Assembly: GCA_964426185.1 (NCBI GenBank)
Contig: CAYRPF010000005.1
Coordinates: forward strand, 45,867-77,866
Origin: an uncultured archaeon
Lineage (GTDB): Archaea > Asgardarchaeota > Lokiarchaeia > Sigyniarchaeales > Promethearchaeaceae
Direction of reading: 5' to 3'
Length of the DNA stretch: 32,000 bases
Made by a program: the position numbers and the translations under genes. Numbering within the stretch: the stretch's first letter is position 1; each line of letters opens with the position of its first letter. Below are positions 16,955 to 27,190 of the stretch, piece after piece. Below the pieces are notes generated by a model, which saw only the letters and a program-made list of their open reading frames with translations, was not told the origin of the DNA and did not search any database.

Positions 16955-18894
16955 TGAGTTATAACTTTGCTTTGAAAGATTTAATGCGACATCCCAAGCA
17001 AACTCGCGCCTATATGCGAAATACTATCTCTATCTTGACATTTTTTTTAACATTTTGGAACTTAATGCGCGGGTTTGGATATCTTCTCATGCCATCATCT
17101 ATTCAACAATATAATTTCACTATTTATGAAATCATCACTCAATTTTATTTCTTTTTATTCATCCTTACCTCAATTCTTGCTGGTCTTCTTTTAATTCTCA
17201 ATAATCATGCCATTATCCAAGATCGAAAGCGGGACATTGGAATCATGAAATCAATTGGAACCTATCCTTCTCACTTGTATAGTTTTTATTTAAGCGAATT
17301 GTTTATTTTATTTGTAATTTGCTTCTTAGTGGCATGGTTTTTTGCTTTCATGCTGTATCTCGTTCTTTACTTACTTGTCCATCCCTTTTATCCTATATTT
17401 TCTTGGGTATCTGATCCGTCTGTTGCCTTCATAAGCTTTTTTGGGTTGATTGTAGCAATCTTCATCTTTAATGGCTGGGAAATTCGAAAAATTGGACGTT
17501 CCACTTATGCCGAAACGAAATCTGGAGTTATTAAAGCAGGAATTCTGGGTAAATTATCTGCAAAACTCCGTAGTTGGTTGTCAAAACGTTCTGCTGCGGT
17601 TAACTTAGCCTTTCGCAACATCCTTCGCAAGAAACATAAGGTACAACAAACTTTGGCGATAGTAGTTATTGCTAATATCGTAATATTTTCTAGTTTCTTT
17701 GGATTACTCATAATTAATTCAACTGGAAGAAGCTATATTTCCCAAGCCCAAAGCGATTATGTAATTGCAATAGGGAATAATGCCCTTTTAGAAACATATA
17801 CTCAAGGATATGCCAGTTTCACGAATTCAAATATTGAACTTAATTCTGAGATAGATTATCTGCAATCGATGAATAATTTGACTCGTTTTTATGCCAATCT
17901 GTCTGAATATCTAAAAAATTATGGAATTAATGCTGTAGACAAGCGCTTGTTTACCATTAAAAATATCACCGAAGATCCAGGAGTGGTGTTGCAAAATTTT
18001 GTAGATCCCACTACTGGCCTAGAATCGCAAGAATATGTGTTAATCGGAGGAAATAAATCTCGAACCATTCCCATTCAAGGTGTAAATTTCGGAGAAACGG
18101 TTCAAAATTGGTACTATGAAGGTGCTATGCTCAATTTTGAATATGGAGTAGCCATTGGAGATACTTTAGCAGGTGAAGTTTATACAAATCCTCTTGTACA
18201 ATGGTTTCTATACTCAAATTCTGCTACAAATCGGACCTACCGGCACAAAGTAAATGCAATTGTATTTGACACCTTCAATAGGGGAAATTCTGCCTATCTA
18301 TACTTAAACACTTTACAAGAAACTCTCGGTAAGCCGAATTATACCAATCTTTTCTTAGTAGATTACACTTCACTGGTTATAAATTCGGGGGAAGACGCTG
18401 TCAATTCATTTATTTTCGAATTAGAAGATCTAATTCATACTCAATTGGGAGAACAATTTGGATTAGTTGATTTAAGCCCAATTCTTAAACATAATCTGAA
18501 TTCCCTTCAACCAGTTATAATTACACTTTTACTTTTGATTTTAATGATGAGCATGGTAGTGATTTACAATATATTTAACTTTGAAAAAGGGCGGGTTCAT
18601 GAAGATAAAAAAGACTATGCCATTCTTCTTGCCATTGGGGCAAAACAAAAGACTTTGCAGAATTCAATTTTCTTAGAACTTGGATATTTGGCAATTTTAG
18701 GTGTAGTATTAGGTTTTATTGGAGCTATGTTCTTTAATATTGTGTTTTTATTAGAAGAATCTACTCGTCCAAGTATATGGATCCCCATATCTGCTGTGGG
18801 TGCTCAAATTATCATTCTTTTAGGATTAATGGCTGGAATTTCGCGGTTTTTCCAATTCAAAGAACAAAATGATTATCTTGCCATTACCGTATAA
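16951..18894 (+). CDS. ABC transporter permease (FtsX-like, two permease domains)
   Basis: FtsX motifs DRKRDIGIMKSIG and KKDYAILLAIGA, with a large extracytoplasmic domain. It overlaps the ATPase stop. Confidence 0.88.
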   Translation: MMSYNFALKDLMRHPKQTRAYMRNTISILTFFLTFWNLMRGFGYLLMPSSIQQYNFTIYEIITQFYFFLFILTSILAGLLLILNNHAIIQDRKRDIGIMKSIGTYPSHLYSFYLSELFILFVICFLVAWFFAFMLYLVLYLLVHPFYPIFSWVSDPSVAFISFFGLIVAIFIFNGWEIRKIGRSTYAETKSGVIKAGILGKLSAKLRSWLSKRSAAVNLAFRNILRKKHKVQQTLAIVVIANIVIFSSFFGLLIINSTGRSYISQAQSDYVIAIGNNALLETYTQGYASFTNSNIELNSEIDYLQSMNNLTRFYANLSEYLKNYGINAVDKRLFTIKNITEDPGVVLQNFVDPTTGLESQEYVLIGGNKSRTIPIQGVNFGETVQNWYYEGAMLNFEYGVAIGDTLAGEVYTNPLVQWFLYSNSATNRTYRHKVNAIVFDTFNRGNSAYLYLNTLQETLGKPNYTNLFLVDYTSLVINSGEDAVNSFIFELEDLIHTQLGEQFGLVDLSPILKHNLNSLQPVIITLLLLILMMSMVVIYNIFNFEKGRVHEDKKDYAILLAIGAKQKTLQNSIFLELGYLAILGVVLGFIGAMFFNIVFLLEESTRPSIWIPISAVGAQIIILLGLMAGISRFFQFKEQNDYLAITV

Positions 18895-18908
18895 AATTTC
18901 TTTTTCTT

Positions 18909-21869
18909 TTATTTTTTGGGTAATTTTCTTGGGCCAATAAGTTGATTTATTAATTTTGGTATTTCTTTGAGTTGTAGCATTGTTTGGGGTGAAACAGTTA
19001 CAGATTTCCCAATTTTTTGAATAGCGAGTAAACTATATATTATCCGTTCTAAGTAGTCGATTAAATCTCCTGGAAAAATTTTTATCTCGAATTCATCTTT
19101 GAATACTTGAACTATCTCGGAAATACTCAATCCACTCAAACGGTAATCGAAAATAAATCCTTCTACATTTTTCCGACCACAGTCGCAGTAAGGTGAATCC
19201 TCGCAAGAGCAATTGAAAATATCTTCTATCCAGCGAATTATCGTTTCGTATACTCTTCGATTGAGCCGTCCTCTTTGTTTTTTGCCCATGTAATCTGCGG
19301 AAATCATGGATAAAACCGAATTAGAAAATAAATTATTAGAACGAGATTGTCTTTCACTCTTTAAACTGAGTTCTGCCAACATTCGATTAGTAACATAAAC
19401 GTTCATAAATTTATTCAAACTTTGTGCCAAGATTAGCATATCTGGGGCGGGGTTTTCTTCAGTTACTGGTCTAGTTAGTTCTTTACGAATTTGGATTGCC
19501 TGTGAAAGCGACAGATATGATTCTGCTACAGCTTTTCCAAACTTAGTGGTTCGAAATTCTGTGTTATTGTAAACAGGACGAATCATATGCACACGATAAA
19601 GATATTTTATGGCTGATTTAAGATCGAAATCTCCATTAAATAATAGAGAATGAAAATACCGTAGATTTCCTTTGCTTATACCACGTTCAAGGGTTCTATC
19701 ATAACTATACATACTTATAATGGCTAAAATCTCGGCATATTGGAGTTCATCATTTGGAGGTAATTGTAATGCTTCAATTTCTCCTTTAAGCAGACGCATG
19801 GCTAATTGTTCTTCTGTTTCCATATATGCTGCTGTAAATGTTTTTCCAGGCGTAATCAGCAGATATACCTTGCCAAGGTCATGTTTTTTTAGTCTTCCAG
19901 CGCGCCCACTCATCTGTTCAAAATCTGCAACAGTTAATGGTTGAATACCCATGACTAAAGAATAAAATACAACTAAACTGGCTGGAAAATCTACCCCAGC
20001 TGCAAGTGCTGCTGTTGTGACGACACATGCCACCTTTTGCATCTCAAATGACTTTTCTATGAATTTTCTTTTACCATAATCTAAGCCTCCATGATAAGCA
20101 TAGGCGGTAATATTGTTTTTTCTCAGCTGTTCAGCCAATTTCTCAGTATTTTTTCGAGAATTGGTAAAAACTATGGTTTGCCCTTTAAATCCAAAGCTTG
20201 ATTTAACCCGATATTCTTCTCGAACCAACCTTCGAAGATGTTTGAATTTTGTAGGCTCATCCATGCAAATAACTAAGTGTCTTTCAATTGGAACAGGTCT
20301 ATCTTTATAATGAATAAGTGATGCACGAATATGTGTTGCTAGTTTCTCTGGATCTGAAATAGTTGCACTCAAGTATAACATTTGAGCTTTGGGAAGATAA
20401 AGTCGTAAGCGGGCGATTAATCCATCCAGAATAAAACCCCTTTCAGGGTCTGCTAACATTTGGATTTCATCCACAACTATGGTCCGAAAGTCACGTAGCA
20501 AATATGGATGACCGCTTCTTAATAAGATATCGATTGCCTCATATGTGGCAATCACGACATCTGCTTTTGTTAAGGTGCCTAAATCTTCTTTAACACCTGC
20601 TTTTCGAGAAATGTGAGAAATCCCTATTTTCAAAGCGGAATTTACTCCAATTTTCTGCAATTCTTTATATTCTTGAAAACGCATATTTGCCAAAGCCACA
20701 ATTGGAACTAAATATAGCATTTTTGCTTTGGATTTGATCTTTTTCATCGTTTGCAGAAATTTTACTTGCACCTCGCTAAACGTATATGATTCATCCTTGG
20801 AGTAGTGACTTTTTGATCTTGAATTATGGAATGGATTTTTCTGATTATTGTTTTTGGTCAAGATTTGAATTTTATTCTCTATAATTTTACCAATCCCCGC
20901 CATTTCCCCTATCATTGTTTTTCCCGAGGAAGTTGAAGATACAATTAATTCATCTTGGTTGTGAAGTAATCCATGTTCCAAAGCCATAATTTGTGCAGGG
21001 AGTAATTCAACCCGATGTTTTTTAGCATAGAAAATTTGTAAAGGATAAGGAATTGGAAAATCCCAGATGGTTCCTTTTTTTTCATTGGCTTTTTGAATCT
21101 TCTTCTTGCGCACATTAACCAAAGTTGCTTCGCGATGAGCGATGATATCGAAATTTGGGTTAAAAATATTCAGAACCTTCACTACATCATTATATCGCTT
21201 TAACATTTTACTTAAATATTTTTTAAACTCGGAAGTTATTTCTATTCGCGTTTTCAACATGGCTACTATCTCATTTCCAGCGCATTTTCGACAAACATAA
21301 AAAGCTTGGTTCTTATAACGGTTGTATTCATCAATTAGTGTATATCGCTTGTTTTGTCTGCATGAATGACAAAAAAGATAATTTCGTATTTTATCATAAT
21401 GAAGTGCATTTAAATAATTATAAACTGGGGTTAAGGAATTCAAATACTCGTTCATTTGTTGAATTTGGATCTCGTGAGCGTCAGTTTCTACAACTTGAAA
21501 GTTATCCATTTGATGCCCTTGTGGGCGATTTAAATGATTTCCAACAATACAAAATTGTGCGTGAAGGATAAAGTAACGAAAATCACTTGGATCTAAAACT
21601 TTCAAGGCATTCTCTGGGTTTGTCGCCTTTAGATTTCTTTTCCAAAATTTGAAAGGAACATATGAACCATTTTCTGTTTCCACATCAAATAGCACTAATC
21701 CTGTAAAAAATGGCAACTCACGATAACGCAGTTCATGATAAAACTGATCATCCTTGATAATATCAAAACACACTACATCAAAGTACTTTTTACGGGGATG
21801 TTCTAAGTCCTTATCTAGTATAGTGAAATATTTTTTTTTTTGCAAAATACCAGAAATACTGGGCGACAT
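18909..21869 (-). CDS. Ski2-like SF2 helicase, archaeal ASH-Ski2/DUF5814 type
   Basis: Motifs STSSGKT, DEIQ, SAT and QMSGRAGR; N-terminal CxxC...CxxC; C-terminal CSCEDSPYCDCG. Confidence 0.88.
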   Translation of the reverse strand: MSPSISGILQKKKYFTILDKDLEHPRKKYFDVVCFDIIKDDQFYHELRYRELPFFTGLVLFDVETENGSYVPFKFWKRNLKATNPENALKVLDPSDFRYFILHAQFCIVGNHLNRPQGHQMDNFQVVETDAHEIQIQQMNEYLNSLTPVYNYLNALHYDKIRNYLFCHSCRQNKRYTLIDEYNRYKNQAFYVCRKCAGNEIVAMLKTRIEITSEFKKYLSKMLKRYNDVVKVLNIFNPNFDIIAHREATLVNVRKKKIQKANEKKGTIWDFPIPYPLQIFYAKKHRVELLPAQIMALEHGLLHNQDELIVSSTSSGKTMIGEMAGIGKIIENKIQILTKNNNQKNPFHNSRSKSHYSKDESYTFSEVQVKFLQTMKKIKSKAKMLYLVPIVALANMRFQEYKELQKIGVNSALKIGISHISRKAGVKEDLGTLTKADVVIATYEAIDILLRSGHPYLLRDFRTIVVDEIQMLADPERGFILDGLIARLRLYLPKAQMLYLSATISDPEKLATHIRASLIHYKDRPVPIERHLVICMDEPTKFKHLRRLVREEYRVKSSFGFKGQTIVFTNSRKNTEKLAEQLRKNNITAYAYHGGLDYGKRKFIEKSFEMQKVACVVTTAALAAGVDFPASLVVFYSLVMGIQPLTVADFEQMSGRAGRLKKHDLGKVYLLITPGKTFTAAYMETEEQLAMRLLKGEIEALQLPPNDELQYAEILAIISMYSYDRTLERGISKGNLRYFHSLLFNGDFDLKSAIKYLYRVHMIRPVYNNTEFRTTKFGKAVAESYLSLSQAIQIRKELTRPVTEENPAPDMLILAQSLNKFMNVYVTNRMLAELSLKSERQSRSNNLFSNSVLSMISADYMGKKQRGRLNRRVYETIIRWIEDIFNCSCEDSPYCDCGRKNVEGFIFDYRLSGLSISEIVQVFKDEFEIKIFPGDLIDYLERIIYSLLAIQKIGKSVTVSPQTMLQLKEIPKLINQLIGPRKLPKK

Positions 21870-21965
21870 TACTCACTTATTACTAATATTTTGCACTTTT
21901 TTTGTTTTTCGCTTTTCAGAGCGAAGAACGAGAGGGAAATAGAATTAATTAGAATTAAAAAATAA

Positions 21966-22124
21966 TTAGAATCCAAAAGCTGATTTAATATCTCCATAGA
22001 TACGAGAAATTTCTTGTAATTTTTGAGTATCATCCATAACAGATTTAATCCAACCCGCTAACCCTTGATCACCTTGTTTCACCCATTCTAAAAAGATTTC
22101 AACTGTAGCTCGATCATCAGACAT
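21966..22124 (-). CDS. Small hypothetical protein (52 aa), not in ORF track
   Basis: MSDDRATVEIFLEWVKQGDQGLAGWIKSVMDDTQKLQEISRIYGDIKSAFGF*. GTGA lies 6 nt upstream of the ATG; amphipathic helical pattern. Confidence 0.7.
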   Translation of the reverse strand: MSDDRATVEIFLEWVKQGDQGLAGWIKSVMDDTQKLQEISRIYGDIKSAFGF

Positions 22125-22211
22125 AACACATCACTTTGATGAGCTTTATTGTTTTTATGGAGTTAAAAATGTTAGCAATAACATTTTATGGATTCAAATT
22201 AAAGTACTACT

Positions 22212-23279
22212 ATGAATATTCAAATTAAATCCCCGAATCCAGATGATATTTGGGACCTTTGGAAGCGACAAAATGCAAAATCGCAGAATCTTGAAAAACA
22301 TTATAAAATTAAAGGCTCCACATTCAACTTGGATAATATAACCTCCTCAGAATATGTAAAAGATGTCGAAAAAGGTGCGATTTTACTTTATTTACGAACA
22401 GAAAAATCGTTGCCCGAAGATGCAAAACCGAAAGTGAGGCAAATTTCTCCCAAAAAAGTTACTAAAGAAAGTTTTTATGATTTTAGGACTTCTCCCACCA
22501 AAAAGAATTGGAAAGGAGACAATGTCGTGCCATTCCTTAACACACTTAAACCTGTTAAGTGTCCTTCATGTGAAGGTTCTGGAAAAGTACAATGTTCTAA
22601 ATGCAAAGGACAGCGTTTTGTAGTTTGCACAAATTGTGGTGGTAAAGAGAAAAAGTGCAAAAAGTGTAATGGAACAGGGAAATTGAGTGAAACGATAACT
22701 GTAATTAACGAAAAAGGTGAAAAAATAAAGAAAGAAATCGTTTTTCAATGTAATGAATGTTTTGGCTCTGGCAGCGTGACATGTAAAAAGTGCGGGGGCA
22801 CTGGTAAAATTTTATGTACGTATTGTGATGGAACAGGCGTTTATCGTTGTGATAAATGTGACGGCTATGGAATCACGTACCAATATGAGATTAAACCAGT
22901 TCCTTTTAAATATGATTCGCAAACGGAGCCGATGCTATTTAGTTCTATTAAATTATCTGGATTAGAATCTCAAATTGGCAGAGATATTCAACAAGCATTG
23001 GATCAAGTTGAAGGGATTTTAATTCGCCACCCAGAAAAAGAGCTTAATAAAAAATTTATTGAACCTTCATTGGGATATATTTCCAAAGAAATTCAGAAAA
23101 TTGCGAAAAACGTGAAAAAAGAGTGGGAATCCGCCCAAAGAAGTTCAAATTTGTCTATTTCACTTCCAATTTATTTATTTCCTGTTCTTATTTTGAAATG
23201 TGAAACCAAGAAAGGCAGAAGTTTTCAAGTTTTTGCCATTGGTTCGGAAAAGAAATATCGTGTGTACGGTAAAATCTAA
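22212..23279 (+). CDS. DnaJ-type CxxCxGxG zinc-finger protein without J domain (SSUH2-like)
   Basis: Eight CxxC motifs (CPSCEGSG, CSKCKG, CTNCGG, CKKCNGTG, CNECFGSG, CKKCGGTG, CTYCDGTG, CDKCDGYG); no HPD/J domain. Confidence 0.8.
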   Translation: MNIQIKSPNPDDIWDLWKRQNAKSQNLEKHYKIKGSTFNLDNITSSEYVKDVEKGAILLYLRTEKSLPEDAKPKVRQISPKKVTKESFYDFRTSPTKKNWKGDNVVPFLNTLKPVKCPSCEGSGKVQCSKCKGQRFVVCTNCGGKEKKCKKCNGTGKLSETITVINEKGEKIKKEIVFQCNECFGSGSVTCKKCGGTGKILCTYCDGTGVYRCDKCDGYGITYQYEIKPVPFKYDSQTEPMLFSSIKLSGLESQIGRDIQQALDQVEGILIRHPEKELNKKFIEPSLGYISKEIQKIAKNVKKEWESAQRSSNLSISLPIYLFPVLILKCETKKGRSFQVFAIGSEKKYRVYGKI

Positions 23280-23301
23280 TATCGTGTGTACGGTAAAATC
23301 T
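23254..23301 (+). repeat. Perfect 24-bp tandem direct repeat at gene 3' end
   Basis: AATATCGTGTGTACGGTAAAATCT at 23254-23277 and 23278-23301. Confidence 0.95.
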
Positions 23302-23338
23302 CTTTTTCTTCTTTATTTGCAGATATAGAGGAATTTTT

Positions 23339-25084
23339 ATGGAGAATATGCCTCATTCAAAATCAGCTATAAAAGAAAGTTCAAATAATCGATTACTTAT
23401 TTTATCACTTTCATGCTTGATGGGAGTCATTGGTGGGTTATTTGCTGCAGTACTTCGATTTTTAATTGAGATTATTTCTTACTTTTTTACCGAAATTCTA
23501 TTGCCACATATCTCATTGGTGATTCAGGATTATAATCTTGGTTATCTTTTACTTCCTACAATTGGTGGTTTGATTGTTGGTATAATAATCTCTAAATTTT
23601 CTAAAGAGGTCCAAGGTTCTGGAATTCCTTATCTATTGGAATCAATGACCTTTAAAAGCGCCAAAATTTCTCCCCGCGTCGGGTTGTTTAAAACCATTGC
23701 AACCTCAATTTCAATCGGAACAGGTGGAAGTGCTGGGAAAGAGGGCCCAATTGCATTAATTGCGGCTTCGTTCGGCTCATTTTTTGGAGGAAAACTCTCT
23801 CTTCGGCCTGAAAATAAGCGTTTGTTGATGACATGTGGATTAGCCGCAGGAATTGCGGGGACATTTGGTGCTCCAGCGGGAGGCGCGCTTTTCGGTTTAG
23901 AAATTCTTTATCAAGGTATTACGCTATCTGCTGGTATTCCAGTTTTTTTGGCAGCTGTGATTGGATCGGTGGTTACTGGGCTATTTTATGGATATGACAA
24001 CATATTTGCCGTGGATTTTGATCCTTCTTCCATAAAAATAGCAGAATACCCTATTTTTATTCTTTTAGGTGTTTTCTGTGCAATAGTGGCATATCTTCAT
24101 ATATTTTCTTATAAAAAGATATCACGTTTATTCCACAAAATGAAAATTCCTCTATTCATTAAACCCGCTATTGGAGGTCTTCTTGTCGGCCTATTAATTA
24201 TGTTTTATCCTGACTCGGGTTTGTATGGAACTGGTTTTAATGGAATTCAGCAAGCTTTTGATGAAAATTTGGCTTTAGGGATGTTGGTAATTCTTCTAAT
24301 CCTAAAAATTCTCGCTTCTTCAGCCACTATTGGATCAGGAGGTAGCGGTGGCGTATTTGCCCCGTTAGTGTATATTGGTTGTATGGCAGGAGGTGCGTTC
24401 GGAACTGCTGGGAATTCGCTTTTCCCTTCCTTAATTTCGACTCCTGCACTTTATTGTATTTTAGGTTCTGCAGCAGTGTTTTCTGCCTCGGCACAAGCAC
24501 CTCTCAACATAAGTTTAATAATAGCAGAAATGACAGGTCATTTTGATGTTTTCCCTCCACTTATTGTAACTTCTATTTCCAGTTATTATGTTGGACGAAT
24601 CTTCTTTAAAGGATCCTCAATTTACACTTTAATTCTTGGACGAAAAGGACATCATCTCAAAGCAGACACTATTTATTTGTTGGGAACCACTCAAGTCCAC
24701 GAAATAATGTCCACTAACCTGGTTACTGTTTCATCATCCATTAAAATTTCTGATTTTGCTCAGCTAAGTAATCAATACCACCCTTTAAACAAATTTCCAG
24801 TGGTAGATTTTGGAAATCTAAAGGGTATTGCATTTATTGATGATATAAATAAAATCCCTTACAATTCTTGGGAGTCAACTACCATAAAAAGTATTATGCG
24901 AACTGAACATACAATTATTTCTGCAAAAGCAACCCTGCAAGAAGCTATGGATCGCATGAATCAATATAACCTTCGCGCTCTGGTAGTTGCAGAAAAGATA
25001 GAGGGGACAGATAAATACAATCTTCAAGGTTTGGTTACTTTTAATGATATTATCTCGGTGTGGCAAAAAGAGAGAAAAAAATAA
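23339..25084 (+). CDS. ClC-family chloride channel/transporter with two CBS domains
   Basis: Motifs GSGIP, GKEGP, GGVFAP and SIY; C-terminal CBS pair. Confidence 0.93.
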   Translation: MENMPHSKSAIKESSNNRLLILSLSCLMGVIGGLFAAVLRFLIEIISYFFTEILLPHISLVIQDYNLGYLLLPTIGGLIVGIIISKFSKEVQGSGIPYLLESMTFKSAKISPRVGLFKTIATSISIGTGGSAGKEGPIALIAASFGSFFGGKLSLRPENKRLLMTCGLAAGIAGTFGAPAGGALFGLEILYQGITLSAGIPVFLAAVIGSVVTGLFYGYDNIFAVDFDPSSIKIAEYPIFILLGVFCAIVAYLHIFSYKKISRLFHKMKIPLFIKPAIGGLLVGLLIMFYPDSGLYGTGFNGIQQAFDENLALGMLVILLILKILASSATIGSGGSGGVFAPLVYIGCMAGGAFGTAGNSLFPSLISTPALYCILGSAAVFSASAQAPLNISLIIAEMTGHFDVFPPLIVTSISSYYVGRIFFKGSSIYTLILGRKGHHLKADTIYLLGTTQVHEIMSTNLVTVSSSIKISDFAQLSNQYHPLNKFPVVDFGNLKGIAFIDDINKIPYNSWESTTIKSIMRTEHTIISAKATLQEAMDRMNQYNLRALVVAEKIEGTDKYNLQGLVTFNDIISVWQKERKK

Positions 25085-25090
25085 GAATTA

Positions 25091-25972
25091 TTATTCAGAT
25101 TTTTTTTTCATGTGCAATTGATAACTCAAATATGTGTTTTCCATTAGCATCGCAATGGTCATTGGACCCACGCCACCTGGAACAGGTGTGATTGCAAGAC
25201 ATTTTTCCTTTACATTCTCGAAATCAACATCACCGACCAATTTTCCTGCGGGGGTGCGGTTGATTCCCGCATCTAATATAATTACCCCTTCTTTTACACG
25301 CTCTGGGGTGATAAAATTTATCCTTCCCACACCCACGGCGATTATATCCGCACGTTTTAGGTGAAAATCCAAATCACGAGTATGACTATGACAGATGGTG
25401 ACGGTGGCATGTCGATTAATAAACATCATTGACAGTGGCTTTCCGATAACATTTGTTCGATTAACGATCACCACTTCTTGACCATCAATGGGGAGTTGAT
25501 ATTCTTCCAATAATCGAACCATTCCCTTGGGCGTACATGAGCCATATGTTTCGTTTCCAAAGGTATTTTCTCCGATGCTTCTTGGGCTAAATCCATCCAC
25601 ATCTTTAGTTGGTTCAATCATTCGCATTATTTCAGGTTCATATCTTCGTAAATGTGAAGGTAAAGGCATTTGGACTAATATTCCATCCACCCTTTCATCT
25701 ATGTTAAGTTTTTGGATTAAAGAGCGTAATTCTTCAATTGGTGTATCAGCTGGAAGGGGATAATGTAAAGATTTCATCCCAATGGATTCGCAAGTCCGGC
25801 GTTTCATTCCCACATAAACTTTTGAGGCTTCATCTTCTCCTACCAAAACTGTAGCTAAACAAGGCGGGCGGTGACTTAAAAAAGGATCTTGGGAAATTTG
25901 AGATTTCAATCTTTCTGTAGTTCTTGTGGAAATTAGTTTTCCATCCAAGATAATTGGTGATTGTTGGTTCAT
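25091..25972 (-). CDS. folD: Bifunctional methylenetetrahydrofolate dehydrogenase/cyclohydrolase
   Basis: Motifs YVGMK, DGILVQMPLP, KDVDGF, CTPKG and ITPVPGGVGPMTIAML. Confidence 0.96.
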   Translation of the reverse strand: MNQQSPIILDGKLISTRTTERLKSQISQDPFLSHRPPCLATVLVGEDEASKVYVGMKRRTCESIGMKSLHYPLPADTPIEELRSLIQKLNIDERVDGILVQMPLPSHLRRYEPEIMRMIEPTKDVDGFSPRSIGENTFGNETYGSCTPKGMVRLLEEYQLPIDGQEVVIVNRTNVIGKPLSMMFINRHATVTICHSHTRDLDFHLKRADIIAVGVGRINFITPERVKEGVIILDAGINRTPAGKLVGDVDFENVKEKCLAITPVPGGVGPMTIAMLMENTYLSYQLHMKKKSE

Positions 25973-26038
25973 GAATTAAAGAATTAACTAAAAAATAAGA
26001 AATTAGTGAAAAAAAAGCGCGAATGGGATGAAAATATT

Positions 26039-27190
26039 TTAAATCCGATTGCGGTATTTATAAATTCCGAAAATGATTAAAGCCACTGTGGCGATACTAC
26101 CAATTACAATCCCTGTAATAGCCCATGGATTTGTTTCTAACTGCCAAATTTCTTCATTCATCAGAGCATTACGGCTGGTGCTGAACGCTTCTGAATCATA
26201 GAGTAAAATGGTACTAACTGCATAGTAGGAAAGCTTCGCAGAAGAGATTAATTCGGCATTTCCACTTGAAACATCAGCAAAACCATAATCGGTTGGATTT
26301 TGTCGGGATAACACCCATGTTAAAGTTTCTTCATGTAAGGGAATGTCCAATAGTGATAAGATGTGAGTGGCAAAATATGTCAACAATAAAGAACTCTGCG
26401 TAATTCCAGTTTGAATACCATATCCACCATAATGTAGGCTTTGTGTAGGGTCTCCAAAATAATAACTCTCTACAAAATCTGAAATACCTTGAATTTGAGT
26501 GGAATTTAATTGATTTAAACTGTTAAGTTCTGATAAAGTAGCCAAAGCATAGTATGTATCAATAATGGTGGCTTCTCCACCAGGTATTGAAGCAAACGCC
26601 GAATTTTCTGCATCCCAAGTACTGAAGACAAAGTTTGCAAGATTGGTTGGTGAAGTTTCATTAATTTTTCCAAAAGTAGTTAAGAGTTTCACAGCAAAAT
26701 AAGTGTCGGGAATGTTTGCTTCGGTGGCTTCTGCACTTGCGAATCCATTGGTGGTATCATTCTGCAGTTCAAATAATTTCGTGGTTGCATCTTCGATCAT
26801 AGTGGAAGTGAAATTTGTATCCAGCAAAATTCCTCCAAAATAAGCATAATATGCTTGTGTTATTATACCACTGCCTACATCAGAGAACTGTAAGTAACGA
26901 TCACGAAGATAACTGCGAATAATTCCTTGGTCGTTCAAATTTGTCAGTTCAGAATCGATTTGCGCTAAAATAAACAAATTTGCGTAGGTGGTAAATTCTG
27001 AAAGAAGTCCTTCATCTTCCACATTTCCAGTGGGAGTATCTAAAAACGCTCCTGAGGAATGTTGGTTGCTAAGGCAAAATTGTTCCAATAATTCCTTTCG
27101 ATTGGCTGCAGCGGCATTTTGCACCGAAAGAAAAAGGGCGAGCGTAATGGAAATTGTTATTAAGAGGGTTAATTTATTACGACGTTTCAT
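26039..27190 (-). CDS. Secreted, C-terminally membrane-anchored prenyltransferase/squalene-cyclase-like repeat (alpha/alpha barrel) protein
   Basis: Signal peptide MKRRNKLTLLITISITLALFLSVQNAAA; repeats Q..G(G/A)F...TY(F/Y)A; C-terminal TM plus KYRNRI. Alternative start at 27208. Confidence 0.78.
   Translation of the reverse strand: MKRRNKLTLLITISITLALFLSVQNAAAANRKELLEQFCLSNQHSSGAFLDTPTGNVEDEGLLSEFTTYANLFILAQIDSELTNLNDQGIIRSYLRDRYLQFSDVGSGIITQAYYAYFGGILLDTNFTSTMIEDATTKLFELQNDTTNGFASAEATEANIPDTYFAVKLLTTFGKINETSPTNLANFVFSTWDAENSAFASIPGGEATIIDTYYALATLSELNSLNQLNSTQIQGISDFVESYYFGDPTQSLHYGGYGIQTGITQSSLLLTYFATHILSLLDIPLHEETLTWVLSRQNPTDYGFADVSSGNAELISSAKLSYYAVSTILLYDSEAFSTSRNALMNEEIWQLETNPWAITGIVIGSIATVALIIFGIYKYRNRI

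Noticed and set aside
23254-23301. Possible mini-CRISPR
   Set aside because: Only two copies, no spacer, and no cas genes in the window.
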